Of a stretch of DNA of 64,000 nucleotides, positions 40,539 to 54,186 are shown piece after piece; positions within the stretch are counted from its first letter, which is position 1; each line of letters opens with the position of its first letter. The notes under the pieces were generated by a model that worked only from the letters and a program-made list of their open reading frames with translations, made no database searches and was not told the origin of the DNA. The stretch comes from Octopus vulgaris (taxonomy: Eukaryota): assembly GCA_951406725.2 (NCBI GenBank), contig OX597836.1, forward strand, positions 36,456,001 through 36,520,000, given 5' to 3'. Made by a program: the position numbers and the translations under genes.

Positions 40539-41098
40539 GTGGATGTATGTCTTAATATTTGGCCTTAAGTCAAGTTATAAGTAAAGTGAACACAGTTGTG
40601 GGGGATTACTCGAAACACTTTAATCTAATGCCTATTTATGAAATCTTACTGGGAAACGTTAAAATTGACTCCGATTATACGCCTTCTTCTAACTTCCAAA
40701 AAAACAGTTCAATTAAAAAAAAAGCGGAAGTCACATTCCATGTAAATGTTCTGATTGTTTTCACATTCCTCACGTAATCTCAAAAATTCTGTGTTTGCAT
40801 GTGTGTGTGTGCGCGTGTGTGCGTGTGTGTGTATATCTGTCTGTGTGTATGTGGATGAGTGTGTGTGCGTGTGGGCGTGTGTGTTCTTGTGTTGATATGT
40901 AGACATATATAAATATATATAGATATATATATATACACATATATGTGCATGAACATGTATTATTTATTCTTTATACATACACACATATATATGCATACAT
41001 AAAATATATAATACATATGTATATGTATATAATATATATACATATATATATATATACATGTATATGTATATATTTATATATACATATATATATATATG

Positions 41099-41160
<62 letters not shown>

Positions 41161-41162
41161 TA

Positions 41163-41199
<37 letters not shown>

Positions 41200-41433
41200 C
41201 TATATATGTGAACATCTGTTGGCCTCCTCGGTAATACTCATATCTGATTATATCAAAACAATTCACAGTAAACGAATATAAAATATAAGTATGTCTCTCC
41301 TAATCGAATCATTGTTCTTACATGAAAAGGCTTTCGAGACTTTTTCTAATAATTTTCCTTTCTTAAACTGATCGTTACTCCCTCTCTAAGATTGTTATAA
41401 TGAAATATTCCATAATACATTTCAGCCTCCACC

Positions 41434-41830
41434 GTGTATGTATGTATGTATGTATGTATGTATGTATGTATGTGTGTGTGTATGTATGTATGTATGTATG
41501 TATGTATGTATGTATGTATGTATGTATGTATGTATGTATGTATATATGTATGTATGTATATATGTATGAATGTATGTATGTATGTATGCATGCATGTATG
41601 TATGCATGCATGTATGTATGTATGTATTTATGTATGTATGTATGTATGTTTGTATGTATGTATGTATGTGTGTATGTGTGTATGTATGTATGTATGAATG
41701 TATGTATGTATATTTGTATGTATGTATGTATGTATGTATATATATATATATGTGTGTGTGTATTTGTGTGTGTGTGTACATATGTGTATATATATGTATA
41801 TATGTGTGTGTGTATGTGTATATATACTGA
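41434..41830. repeat. (TATG)n microsatellite
   Basis: Direct inspection. Confidence 0.95.
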
Positions 41831-41861
41831 TACATTCACACACCAACGCACACATACATTT

Positions 41862-42170
41862 TGTTGTCTGTTCCTTCTCGCGCCATGCCTGACTCATAAG
41901 GGCTGGTTTCCTTAATTCATTGGCGTATAGGTTCCATAGCTGGACGGGACGCCAGTCAGTCGCAGGTGGGCTGCTAGCTGCAGGAGTAAAGTGTGAGAAA
42001 AAAGTTGTGGAAAAGGAGTCTGCAAACGTTCGCCTTTACCTTCTGTCGGAGCCGCGACGAGCTTAGGTGTGTTTCGTTCATAACCATACACATCACCTGG
42101 TCTTAGATTCGAACCTACGATCACTCGACTGCGATTCCGCTGCTGTAGCCACTAGGCCATACGCCTCCAC
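41862..42170 (-). mobile_element. SINE head A' + tail 3
   Basis: Homologous to 48124-48430. Confidence 0.8.
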
Positions 42171-42184
42171 ACATACATAAAATA

Positions 42185-42258
<74 letters not shown>

Positions 42259-42462
42259 ATATATATATATATATATGTATGCGTGTGTGTGTGTGTGTGT
42301 ATGTGTGTGTGTGTGTGTATACAACTTATAAACAAGGGCCAAAGAAAAAAATTCTAGTGCCAAATATGCCGAAACTAGACACATTGTCCATAGCCATATA
42401 ATTTATCATAATAAAGACGTTACTCGAAGAAAGTCGACAGAATCTTCTAAAAAATTCCGTTA

Positions 42463-42523
42463 TTACCATATCGGACCCGATTTCAGAGTTAGTTCATAAG
42501 AACCTTCCCTTCATCAGTGATAA
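42463..42523 (-). ncRNA. Type I hammerhead ribozyme motif, canonical core, all three stems formed (element ~42322-42735)
   Basis: Minus: uuauca-CUGAUGA-agggaagguuc uuau gaacuaacucu-GAAA-ucgg gu ccga-UA-ugguaa. Confidence 0.8.
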
Positions 42524-42733
42524 ATGCGGCAAAGAAATAAATGAAATACTTACTTATACCCATGGAAGAAGCAAACACTAAGTTATGAGCACAACTAAGT
42601 ACCCCAAATATATCCAAAAAAGACATTCTCCAGCCCATTCGAGACACGTGCGATTCGAACAGAAAACTGTCACAGAGTGACAGATTCCGGAAATAAATTC
42701 TATATGTAAATTTTATATGTAAATTTTACTTGT

Positions 42734-42768
<35 letters not shown>

Positions 42769-43418
42769 TAATTGCTTGTACAGGTGTCATATCATACTTT
42801 TGTAATTGATAATGAGATATAGCAGATTTTTTTCCATTTTTGGTCGAATTACAAGCAATTAATTTTGGTATCATATCGCAACCTCTTGCATTTTACAATT
42901 CACTCCTACTTAACCAATATTGAAGTCTGGAATTTCAGAAACAATTCCTATTTATCGTATACAGATGCGTTGTTTTTCTAGATTCTCCAGATTTGAAACA
43001 ACAATCTCGATTAAAACCGAACTATTTGAGAAATATAATCCTAAATCCATTTTAACTTCGAGTTTGTTTTAACTTCTATTCAATTTTGTTTCTATTTGGA
43101 TGCTTTTCAATTACTCCTTTTCCAATTTCAATTAGTATTTAGAAGGCTTTTAGAAATATATAATAAATCTGTCGCTTCTCTTGTGAATTTGTTTATTTAT
43201 TTCCTATACTCCTACTCATAACGTATAACGCCAAATTCTCATTGTCTGCTTTGTAATGACATCTTTACATTTAGATTTCAACTTATTTAACGTGTGTTAA
43301 TGAATTAACAAAGCTATCGTAGCACAGGTGTGTCTTAGTAGTATGACAACTGCTTCCTTATCATATGGTTCTGCGTTCATTCCAATGGTGTGTCACCTTA
43401 GATAAATATTTTCCCACA

Positions 43419-43493
43419 GGCATATGGCGTAGGGATTAAGAGCGTGGGCTACCAACCCCAAGATTCTGAGGCAGTGACCTGAATAATAATAAT
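43419..43493 (+). mobile_element. tRNA-like SINE head followed by (AAT)n
   Basis: tggcgtagggattaagagcgtgggctaccaaccccaag resembles a tRNA D/anticodon region with A box. B box region appears deleted. Confidence 0.5.
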
Positions 43494-43661
43494 GGACCTA
43501 CGAACACATATAACACACAGAAAATTGCACTACTGGGCACTGCACACATCCTACGCAGAACACTTTCAATACAGAGCATCACAACAAATCACAGCACATA
43601 CCCAAGGCACACAGAGCTGCGCTCGGTAGTGAAGTGAAAGCACGCTATAAAAATAAAACTA

Positions 43662-43735
<74 letters not shown>
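43494..43735 (+). mobile_element. Dong/R4-like non-LTR retrotransposon 3' end inserted in (AAT)n
   Basis: QKIALLGTAHILRRTL is typical of the R4/Dong C-terminus. AAT repeats on both sides. Confidence 0.75.
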
Positions 43736-43736
<1 letters not shown>

Positions 43737-43941
43737 TGGAACGGCTCAAGTATTGAGAAGAACATTATCACTGTGAAAACAACATCCATCCATGAATTTA
43801 TTTATATATATTTTTTTTAAATACATATTTTACCTGTGAAATTGGGTGTGTAATCTGGGAATCATGCAATGAGTTTCTCTGCCCTAGGTGTACGGAAAAC
43901 ACACGGCGAGAAACAGAAGAAAATTTGAAAAGAAAGAAGGA

Positions 43942-43994
<53 letters not shown>

Positions 43995-44008
43995 TAATAA
44001 TGATGATG

Positions 44009-44070
<62 letters not shown>
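43942..44070. repeat. (AAT)n microsatellite
   Basis: Direct inspection. Confidence 0.95.
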
Positions 44071-44071
<1 letters not shown>

Positions 44072-44218
44072 TCGAAAAATACCTTATGAATGAGAACCCA
44101 GGTTCGAAATTTCCCCCAAGACACCTGATAAAGGCTGGAAGGTATATCAGCCGAAATGTTGCGTTAACAACAAACAAAATGAAGACAACTATCCGTGAAA
44201 TGTAAATAATGTAAATAT
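44071..44218 (+). mobile_element. HHR-bearing element (family H4) with degenerate motif at 44120-44165
   Basis: gacac-CUGAUAA-a-ggcug...cagcc-GAAA-ug-UU-gcguu. Homologous to 62719-63017. Confidence 0.75.
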
Positions 44219-44650
44219 TTTCCCCTTCAAACTCGGGCTTGCCAAAGCTATGAATACTTTTGTTATGCGGAAACCGTAATGAAACCTGTCATACATGTAT
44301 GCCGAAGCGTTTGTCTATGTGTGCAAATGAGTTGGATTTCCACTATCGCTAGCTGACCGCCGTTAGCTAATTTTCGTTCTCGTTACAACTGAGGCTCAGT
44401 AAAAAGGTACGGACCGACACATTGAGTACCAAGCTTCAAAATAATAATTACTGGAGTCGATTTGCTCGAGGAATTCTTTTTAAAACGCTGCGTCAGCATC
44501 TTCACAGTCCATTGACTGTAACAAAGGAAAGAAGAATAACAAATTATGTACGTAAGCGTGAAATTCCATAAAGACAGTTTCAAAGAACGTGTCTTAATTT
44601 TTCATATTCTCTGGAGATATATTCCTTTATTAAAACTGTAAATAATGGAA

Positions 44651-45033
44651 TGGAAGCACTCCGTCAGTTACGACGACGAGGGTTCCTGTTGATCCGATCA
44701 ACGGAACAGCCTGCTCGTGAAATTAACGTGTAAGTGGCTGAGCACTCCACAGACACGTGTACCCTTAATGTAGTTCCCGGGGATATTCAGCGTGACACAG
44801 AGAGTGACAAGGCCGGCCCTTTGAAATACAGGTACAACAGAAACAGGAAGTAAGAGTGAGAGAAAGTTGTGGTGAAAGAGTACAGCAGGGATCACCACCA
44901 TCCCCTGCCGGAGCCTCGTGGAGCTTTTAGGTGTTTTCGCTCAATAAACAGTCACAACGCCCGGTCTGGGAATCGAAACCGCGATCCTACGACCGCGAGT
45001 CCGCTGCCCTAACCACTAGGCCATTGCGCCTCC
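44651..45033 (-). mobile_element. SINE head A + tail 1, full length
   Basis: Near-identical in reverse to 20740-21122. Confidence 0.92.
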
Positions 45034-45798
45034 TGTATGAACAACATATACTTGTTGTGTGTACATATATATATTTGAAACTAACGATTATAGGTGACAT
45101 ACTTGAACTTTGATGGTGGACATTAATTATGGTGTCGTATCCACTGCCCTAACAACTGGGCCATTGCGCCTCCACTGAACTGTAAATAAATCTGTGAGGG
45201 AAAGATCTAGTTCTCAGAAGCATAGCAGCAGGTCCGATGATAAATAAATCCTTCTGCATAATATTCTTTCAGTTGTATCTCTCTCATTCTACTCAGTGGT
45301 TTTTTGGTATCTTTGATCTTGATGATCGTGACTGGCCTGTTTTGTAAGTATGTGTGTGTATGAGTGCAGGCATGCTTGAATGCAGATTTCGCATAACTTT
45401 CAGTATCTGTATTGATTTTAGTATCACGTCAATGTCAGTCTTGACGGTAAAACCTAAATGCGACATGGCAGTTCACGATCTCAGTTAGGACCGAATAATT
45501 GAAAAGGAAAAATGTTCAAAAGCATATATCAAAAGATCCTCTAAGCCGGCTCATCTGTTGTTGACGATATAAATAATGCATACTTACATATACAGACACA
45601 CATGGTAGAGAGAAATGAAGAGTGAGATTGATAGAGGGAGACACGCAGAGAGAAACAGAAGGAAAAGAACAGAAGAGAGATAGATACGGAACCTGATAGA
45701 TTGATTGATACCTAGATAGACAAGCGGCAATGTATTTCGATACATGGACAAACGACAAGATAGGTGGTATTTAGACAAGCAGACGTACAGAAAAACGG

Positions 45799-45799
<1 letters not shown>

Positions 45800-45875
<76 letters not shown>

Positions 45876-45938
45876 GATAGACAGACAGACAGATAGACAG
45901 ACAGACAGACAGACAGCTAGATAAATAGATAGATAGAC

Positions 45939-46022
<84 letters not shown>

Positions 46023-46023
46023 G

Positions 46024-46098
<75 letters not shown>
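45800..46098. repeat. (TA)n-(GA)n-(GACA)n-(GATA)n compound microsatellite
   Basis: Direct inspection. Confidence 0.95.
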
Positions 46099-46099
<1 letters not shown>

Positions 46100-46542
46100 C
46101 GGAAAAGTAGAGGGAAGAGTAAGTGGTATGTATCATGGCAGCTAATTAAAAAAACTCGGATACTTAAAAGACATACTTAACCCGACGCATATTAAAGTGG
46201 GTCTTTTCTAGAGAAAGAGGATCAGCAGGGATGTAAAAAGTAAAAAGCGACAGATTTTATTCTCAACTACGTTAGTTCAACGTTTTTCCGAAACCAGTTG
46301 GTTGTCTAATGGGATTTTCGATATAATTAAAAAAATTAATCTGGTTCGCATAAGCGTAATTCTAAAAACAATAATGGAAGCAAACCACAAGAGATCAATT
46401 TTTCTTTTATTATTATACATAAGACCCGTGTTTACAATGTAATTAGGCGAAATTTTGGCATCGTGGTATATCCTGCTAGAAATAACAGCAACATATTAAT
46501 TCATTTTAATAAAAGCAGAAAGGATACACTGAATAGCGTGTC

Positions 46543-46730
46543 ACACCATCGGTTACGACGGCGAGAGTCCCAATTGGTTTGATCAACGGAACAATTTGCT
46601 CGTGAAAGTAACGCGCTAGTAGCTAATTACACCGTTGACACGCTTATCATTAACATTGTTGTCAGGGATAGTCAATCAAACAGAGAATTTGACAAGGTTG
46701 GCCCTTTAAAATACAGGTAATACTCATTTC
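46543..46730 (-). mobile_element. Old SINE tail 1 fragment
   Basis: tcggttacgacg...gatcaacggaaca...ctcgtgaaa...gacaaggttggcccttt. Confidence 0.65.
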
Positions 46731-47040
46731 GTTACTGTGTATTGTACTCCGAGTTAAACTTTGTCTGTTAATACAGGATACTCAAGGCTGGAATTTTGGT
46801 GACCATAGTTTCGTTCAATCAACACTAATTTAAGCCATGAGTAAATCAAGAAGTTCTACAAATAAACTGGGATCGGTGCAGTAGTTTTCGAACGTATACG
46901 TAACACACGAACACGCATAAACACAAGTTGTACTTATGTTATAACTATAAATTGGATCGAAACATTTTCTGTCGTAGATGGAGATACAGAGCTTTAGAAT
47001 ACGTAAGGTATATAACATTATCGTTAATTTACTTACATTA

Positions 47041-47271
47041 GGCGGCGAGCTGGTAGAAACGTTAGCACGCCGGGCGAAATGTTTAGCGATATTTCGTCTG
47101 CCGTTACTTTCTGAGTTCAAATTCCGCCGAGGTCGACTTTGCGTTTCATCCTTTCGGGGTCGATAAATTAAGAACCAGTTACGCACTGCGGTCGATACAA
47201 TCGACTTAATCCGTTTGTCCGTCCTTGTTTGTCCCCTCTGTGTTTAGCCCCTTGTGGGTAATAAAGAAATA
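47041..47271 (+). mobile_element. SINE family B with 18-bp TSD
   Basis: TSD gttaatttacttacatta at 47023-47040 and 47272-47289. Confidence 0.93.
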
Positions 47272-47458
47272 GTTAATTTACTTACATTATATTTAATCAT
47301 TATTTAATACTTACGTCGAATACTCTACCACCAAAATATAGAAAAATAAATCGTTGAATGTTAACTCTATTCAGTCTTATACTCAATATCTCTCTACTTT
47401 TGGAGTACAAGTTGGATCTTGGTTTCCAATATTTACAGAATGACTGTATATCTCAGAT

Positions 47459-47794
47459 TTTTATTGTAATAGGTGAAAAGAATGTGCCCTCAGCCTTAAG
47501 CAAAAATTTGGAGTCTTTTTAACCTTAACTCAATCGAATTCCCCTTTTCTTTAAGCGTTTGCGTAGAATCACAAATGAAACATCGACGACCTCAGGCAAT
47601 TATTTAAATCTTTTCCCGTCAGCTTTCAGTGACAAAGATCGTAAATAACTCCGTAATTCATCAATTTTATGATACTTTGCATCACAATAATCCATACCTG
47701 AAGCTACATGTTTAGAAACAGAAATTCGTTCAAGATATTTTGTGAACTCATGTATTGTGGCAGTATTTTGATAATGGGGAATCTGGTAGTGAAG
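47459..47794 (-). pseudogene. Possible highly decayed hAT transposase C-terminal remnant
   Basis: Minus: YHKIDELRSYL...DGKRFK*LPEVVDVSFVI then, shifted, KAEGTFFSPITIK. Resembles the region around the hAT dimerisation domain, but the SNA..ER.FS motif is not intact. Confidence 0.4.
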
Positions 47795-48123
47795 TTATTT
47801 TCCAACTTCACCTGTCGAACTAAAAATGATACAAAGAAAACAGTCCTTTTTCCCAAATATAAACCTGGGAAATTAAGCTTTTATTTTGATTAATGTTGAA
47901 CGCTGTATTAGAAAGTTTTGGCATCATGTTTTTAAACAAAATAAACCGCTTTCAAAAACCTTTTACATTTCGTCGAATCTGAATTATTACCTTAATTACT
48001 TACCAAGTTACAGATCAATTGAAGACTTCTATACACCTGTGATATTTTCGACATCTTTTAGAAGAAGAACCTGTTTAAAATGATCTATAATTCACAGAGT
48101 AGTAGGTAAGTCAACGTACTTTT

Positions 48124-48430
48124 GTGGAGTCACATGGCGTAGTGGTTAGAGCAACGGACTCGCAGTCGAGGGATCGCGGGTTCGAATCTCAGAGCGGGCG
48201 ATGTGTGTGTTTATGAGCGAGACACCTAAGCTTCACGCGGCTACGGCAGAAGGTAATGGCGAAACTTCTGCTGACTCTTTCGCCACAACTTTCTCTCACT
48301 TTTTCCTCCTGCATCTTGCAGCTCACCTGCGATGGACCGGCGTCCCGTCTAGGTGGGTAACCTATACGCCAAAGAAACCGGGAAATCGGCCCTTATGAGC
48401 CAGGCGTGGCTCAAGAAGGAACAAACAGCA
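48124..48430 (+). mobile_element. SINE head A' + tail 3 (V-domain-like)
   Basis: tggcgtagtggttagagc...gggttcgaatctc, then ctgcgatggaccggcgtcccgtc. Confidence 0.88.
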
Positions 48431-48729
48431 AAGTCCTTTAACAATCTATAAAAGTATCGTAAAACAAACGTTTACAAGAGCAAATATTACTTTAAGAAAA
48501 CTGTTCATAGTTATTATTACGGTGTTTGATAACGACTGAGCTTTATCACAAAGAAGAAGCTTATGCATTGCCATTTCAATGATTGACTATTTTATTGAGG
48601 AATTTCTGATACCATTCATGTAATCAGGAAACGAAATTCTTCTAACTGCTCTCTCCATCTTAGACACTCATCAAAAAATTAAAAGGAAAGTGTTTCGGGT
48701 CGAAACCATACAGACATGCATTTATCTTT

Positions 48730-49115
<386 letters not shown>

Positions 49116-49462
49116 CAGGATGGCACGTATGAATGGCGAAGCCAGCTTGTGCATAATCCTATTAACCCGCAAACAAATGTGGTAACATGTAACATTATTG
49201 ACCGAAGTTACCGTGGTCTTTTCCGTAGGCTTTTCTTTCCACGGATAAACCTTATCTGCTTCCCCCTTTACACGTTACATCATTTCTGTGATACACAATT
49301 CATATTGATGTTTTTTTTTCTTTCCTTCTTTTTTCTTTCCCTTTTACGATCCCTTTTGATCGAAAACCTACCCCACTTTTTTTTCTCCCCCAAAAGAACA
49401 GTTCTATTTTGTAATCTGTCCTGTCTGTTTGCAGCCCTGTGTGGCTAATAAAGAAGCATCTC

Positions 49463-49520
<58 letters not shown>

Positions 49521-49702
49521 ATGGCCGGCAATACGTGACCGAGGAAGATCATTGCTGACCTTGAGGAACATTGTGGGCTCTATGACTAACATAGTTTGCA
49601 TTTGTGGCTACGTTGGTGGTGTAATGAGCCCTACTCTTGACAAGCACACACGACTAACCATTGATAAAATGTTTTTCGAAAAATGTTATCCTATATTAGA
49701 TG

Positions 49703-49750
<48 letters not shown>

Positions 49751-49872
49751 TGTGTGTGTGTGTGCTTTTGTATGTATGTATATGGAGATTTCACACAAAA
49801 AAACAAAAGACGAAGACAGGTGGTGTAGACAATAATCAGATGTATTAGTTTAACGCTCGGGAAGTGAAGAAG

Positions 49873-49908
49873 TCTTAACATTTCGAGCCTACGCTCTTCC
49901 ACAGAGAA
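49873..49908 (-). ncRNA. Degenerate family H2 hammerhead-like motif in element ~49783-49947
   Basis: Minus: CUGUGGA-a-gagc guag gcuc-GAAA-ug-UU-aaga. Confidence 0.45.
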
Positions 49909-50021
49909 GAACACTGAAAGAAACAGGGAGAGAAAATAACGTGTGTGATATATATACATATACACGGATACATATACATGTACACCCATACATATATATA
50001 TTTACACTTATATGCATACAA

Positions 50022-50071
<50 letters not shown>

Positions 50072-52022
50072 GTATATATGAGAGTGTGTTTGTGTGCATA
50101 CATACATGCACACACACACAGAAACACACAGAGATACCGACCTCAACATTAACTTTCACTCATTTCATATACGCAGAAAACTCAATTTTCTGATAATTAT
50201 CTTTCTGTCACCCCACCCCCCTATCACATACTTCATCATGCAAATGGGTCAATGTTTGCTCTCATAGCGAGATAATTTTAAAATCAAGATAATCAATGGA
50301 AACCGCGGCTGAGAAGGGGAGAGAGAGAGAGAGAGAAAAAGAGAGAGTGAGAGAGTTTGGGGCTGAGATAAAATATTAAAACATATAAACTTTCATTGCA
50401 AATAAACCCAACTATTTTTTTTTTAAATATGAAATTATCACGAAATAAAAGACTAGGAGTTTCCGCAGGTATTATGCAGCGTGTATGTGTGGGTGTGTGT
50501 TTCTGTGTGCGTGTATATGTGTGTGGGATTTATGGCAATATCCACACGCACATACACATATGTGTTATGTATATATCTCTCACACATACTCTCTCTCTCT
50601 CTCTCTGTATATATGTTTGTGCGTGTGTGTGTTTAATACATATGCGCTTGTTTATATACATACATACATACATACATACATACACGCATGAATAGACAGA
50701 CGGATAGATATATGCACTGTGGGGATGCGTGCAGCACGGAATGAAATATATATGCATATATTTGAAAGTCATTAATTCTGAAAGAAAATTCCAGTTATCC
50801 GCATAACGAATCCTTTTCCTCCCAGTTTTTTGAACTGTCCAATCACGGGAGCAGATTGAACATTATTATTTATATAGATTTACACCTTATGGGTAACAGA
50901 AAGAAATGACGCCACCACTTTGGCCATAACCTCGTTAGATTTTCCCCTCGAGTGCGTTTAGATTCGTAAAAAATATTTATACTCACAGAGACGAACATAT
51001 ATGCAAATATCTATTTATCACTCTGCGTACGCGAGAACTGGGTACATGCTTGAATATGTTCATACAATCATACATTAATAATACATATGGAAGTGGAAGT
51101 CATAGTGAAAATATACAGTTAAATGTTTCTTCTCAGAGAGTGAGACCCAAGTTTCATGTCAGCGTGCAATCATCAGCGAGCTGCAAATATTTATTGCTTT
51201 GTAATTCACACTAATTCTTTCGCACAAACTCCCTGCTGTCAGAGTGAAATTCACAGTTTAAAAGGATCAGGAATAGAAAAATAGAATTGCATTTACCTCT
51301 CTGTACATTAGAGAGCCTTACATGAATCCGAAGTGTGGTTTGTATTATAGTAGTGGTGCGACTACTTAATGCATATATGTAGGCTTCGTTGAATGTATTA
51401 CAAATATTCTAAAGGAGAATGAATTGAGTGAAATGGTAATGATTTCGTTGTTAAAACGCGGCTAGTACGATGAGAATTTCAACATGTCATTTACGACAGT
51501 TGTAGATGTAAACCCTTCCAACTGAAATAAAATAAGATTTGCCAAAGCACAGCATACTGTAAACATTACAGATTAATGCTTGCATGAAATCGGAGATCTC
51601 CTACGTTGGGAATAAATGTTTAGACTTTTATATGTTTATGCGGATGATAGCTTACGTATGCATAAATCCGTCACACAATACGCATTATGAACTTTACTAA
51701 AGGAAATATTACGTTACGTACAACATTGCTACAAGATAGAATGAACTGAGAAATATTTCTAGATAATACACACATAAATACACAGACACACGCACACACA
51801 AATACACACGTGTGTATGTTCGTGGATATATATATCTATCTATACGTTAACATACAATCATACATATAATATATTCATTCATGCACACACACACGTACAC
51901 ACACACACATATATATGCATATATGCGTATACAAATATATGTATATGTATGTATGTGTATATATATGTATATATATATATGCATACATATATATATATTT
52001 ATAAATATATGTATATATATAT

Positions 52023-52095
<73 letters not shown>

Positions 52096-52130
52096 TATAT
52101 ATACATACATACATACATACATATATTTGT

Positions 52131-52209
52131 AATAAATCGTGCATATTATATATCCTTAGAATTCATAGTTTTCTTCTCCCAAAACATTCTCAGTATATGT
52201 ATGCCTGTA

Positions 52210-52253
<44 letters not shown>

Positions 52254-52368
52254 TATATATACACATACATATATACAGGCATATATATACTGAGAGTTCG
52301 ACATGGTGAGAGTGTTTTGGGAGGGACAATCTATGAATTCTAGGGATATATAATATGGACGATTCAAT
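52131..52368. repeat. Inverted repeat centred on (TA)n
   Basis: aatcgtgcatattatatatccttagaattcatag...cccaaaacattctca pairs with tgagagtgttttggga...ctatgaattctagggatatataatatggacgatt. Confidence 0.85.
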
Positions 52369-53133
52369 TGCTCTTATCTTTAAACGTTTGCTATATACAC
52401 ATAAGATAGATTCCTTAGAAAGTAAACAGCCTCACATGTTCTAAATCGTAAACAACCATTAATCGGATACACTACGCAAGCTTGCATAATAGATACTGTA
52501 AATATCTGGAAATATACCACAGAAAGTATAACAATACTCCTATATAAATATGATATGATATCATAAGGATCCCTTCCGTAACAGTTACTGAAGCATCCAT
52601 AATGAGAAATTTAAGATTATGATATTTAAAACGTTTATTCCCTCCACGACTATCTTTCTAGATGTCTCTGCTTGCTACAGGAAACATGCTGATTTTCCTA
52701 CCAAAGTCCTCACACACATCTTCCCCTCGATCAGCGAAGAATTATATTTATCGTGTCCGAGTGGGTAGAGATCCTGAGGTGAATTATTACGATTGTTAGT
52801 TATATTTCGTTTTATTGCGATCTTAAAAATACAAATAAAAACGTATTGAAATAAAAAAAAAATTCGATAAACGATTCATATATTATTGCTTCTCGTAAAG
52901 GCATTATGTTATATATTGTATTCTCTCTCTCTCTCTCCCTTTCTCACTCACACTCTCTGTCTGTCTCTCTCTGTCACACTATCTCTCATTCTTTCACTCA
53001 TTCCACACAAACTCCCTCAAGCACTTACTTGTATCTATGTAGATGTATAGGCAAATAAAAACAAACACACACAGAAAAACTATATATATATATACATATA
53101 TATACACACATATACATACATATATATACAGAA

Positions 53134-53174
<41 letters not shown>

Positions 53175-54021
53175 AATATATATGTATATGTATACATAAA
53201 TGTATATATTTATATATAAATAATATAGGAAAACAAATTTCCAAATCAACCAGGTGCAATCCTTGTGAGTTATAGGCATCTACATATCGTACTTGGGGAT
53301 ATTATTTATCGTATATTTATATATTTTTAAATATACAAAGTATCTGATAAAAGTCTATAATTTTTCAATTTTGCGCGATTAATACCAATAATACAAAAAA
53401 TAACCCATTGTGTATTTCCGAGAGTAAACTCATGGTATCAATTTGCACATCACGATGTAATACTGAAAGGACATGTCCAAAATTTCCAGCAGGGTATAGA
53501 ATATACTTCGTTAGTTATATCCTACTTTAGTTAATAATTATGTTTATTAAATATGAAGGAACTACACGTGTTTCAGTATTGGAAGATTACAATATATATA
53601 CATATACACAATTATATACCTATATATATATAAGCAATCATCAGATTAAAAATTTTTCCAACATCTCTTAAAGTTCTATTTCAAAATATAATCTATCTAA
53701 TTTTACATCCCTTTAAAAATGCGAAATGCAATTAAGCTTTAAAAATTAAAAATTGCGAATCAAAAATTAAGAATAGAAATTATACTTTGTAATCCTAAGA
53801 ATTAAAATTTATTAATTATACATTATATATATGAATTAGTATATATATATCAATCATGTAAAATCAAGCATATGTCAAATACAGAATGTGAGCTATACGA
53901 TTAAACATCAGAATAAAATTGTATGTTTAAATGTGATACATAACAAGAAACAAAAGTCGAAGCCAGGTGGTGTACAAAACAAACAGATGTATTAGTATAA
54001 CGGTCAGGAGCAGAAAAAAGT

Positions 54022-54057
54022 CTTTTACGTTTCGAGCCTACGCTCTTCTACAGAAAG
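54022..54057 (-). ncRNA. Family H2 hammerhead-like motif in element ~53940-54103
   Basis: Minus: cuuu-CUGUAGA-a-gagc guag gcuc-GAAA-cg-UA-aaag. Confidence 0.6.
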
Positions 54058-54139
54058 GGACACAAAATAAACAAGGAGAGAAAAAATGCGAGTAGTGGCT
54101 TACACACACACATACACACACACATACACACATATATAC

Positions 54140-54186
<47 letters not shown>

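Noticed and set aside
50237-50244. Octamer ATGCAAAT
   Set aside because: Expected by chance in AT-rich DNA, with no linked gene.
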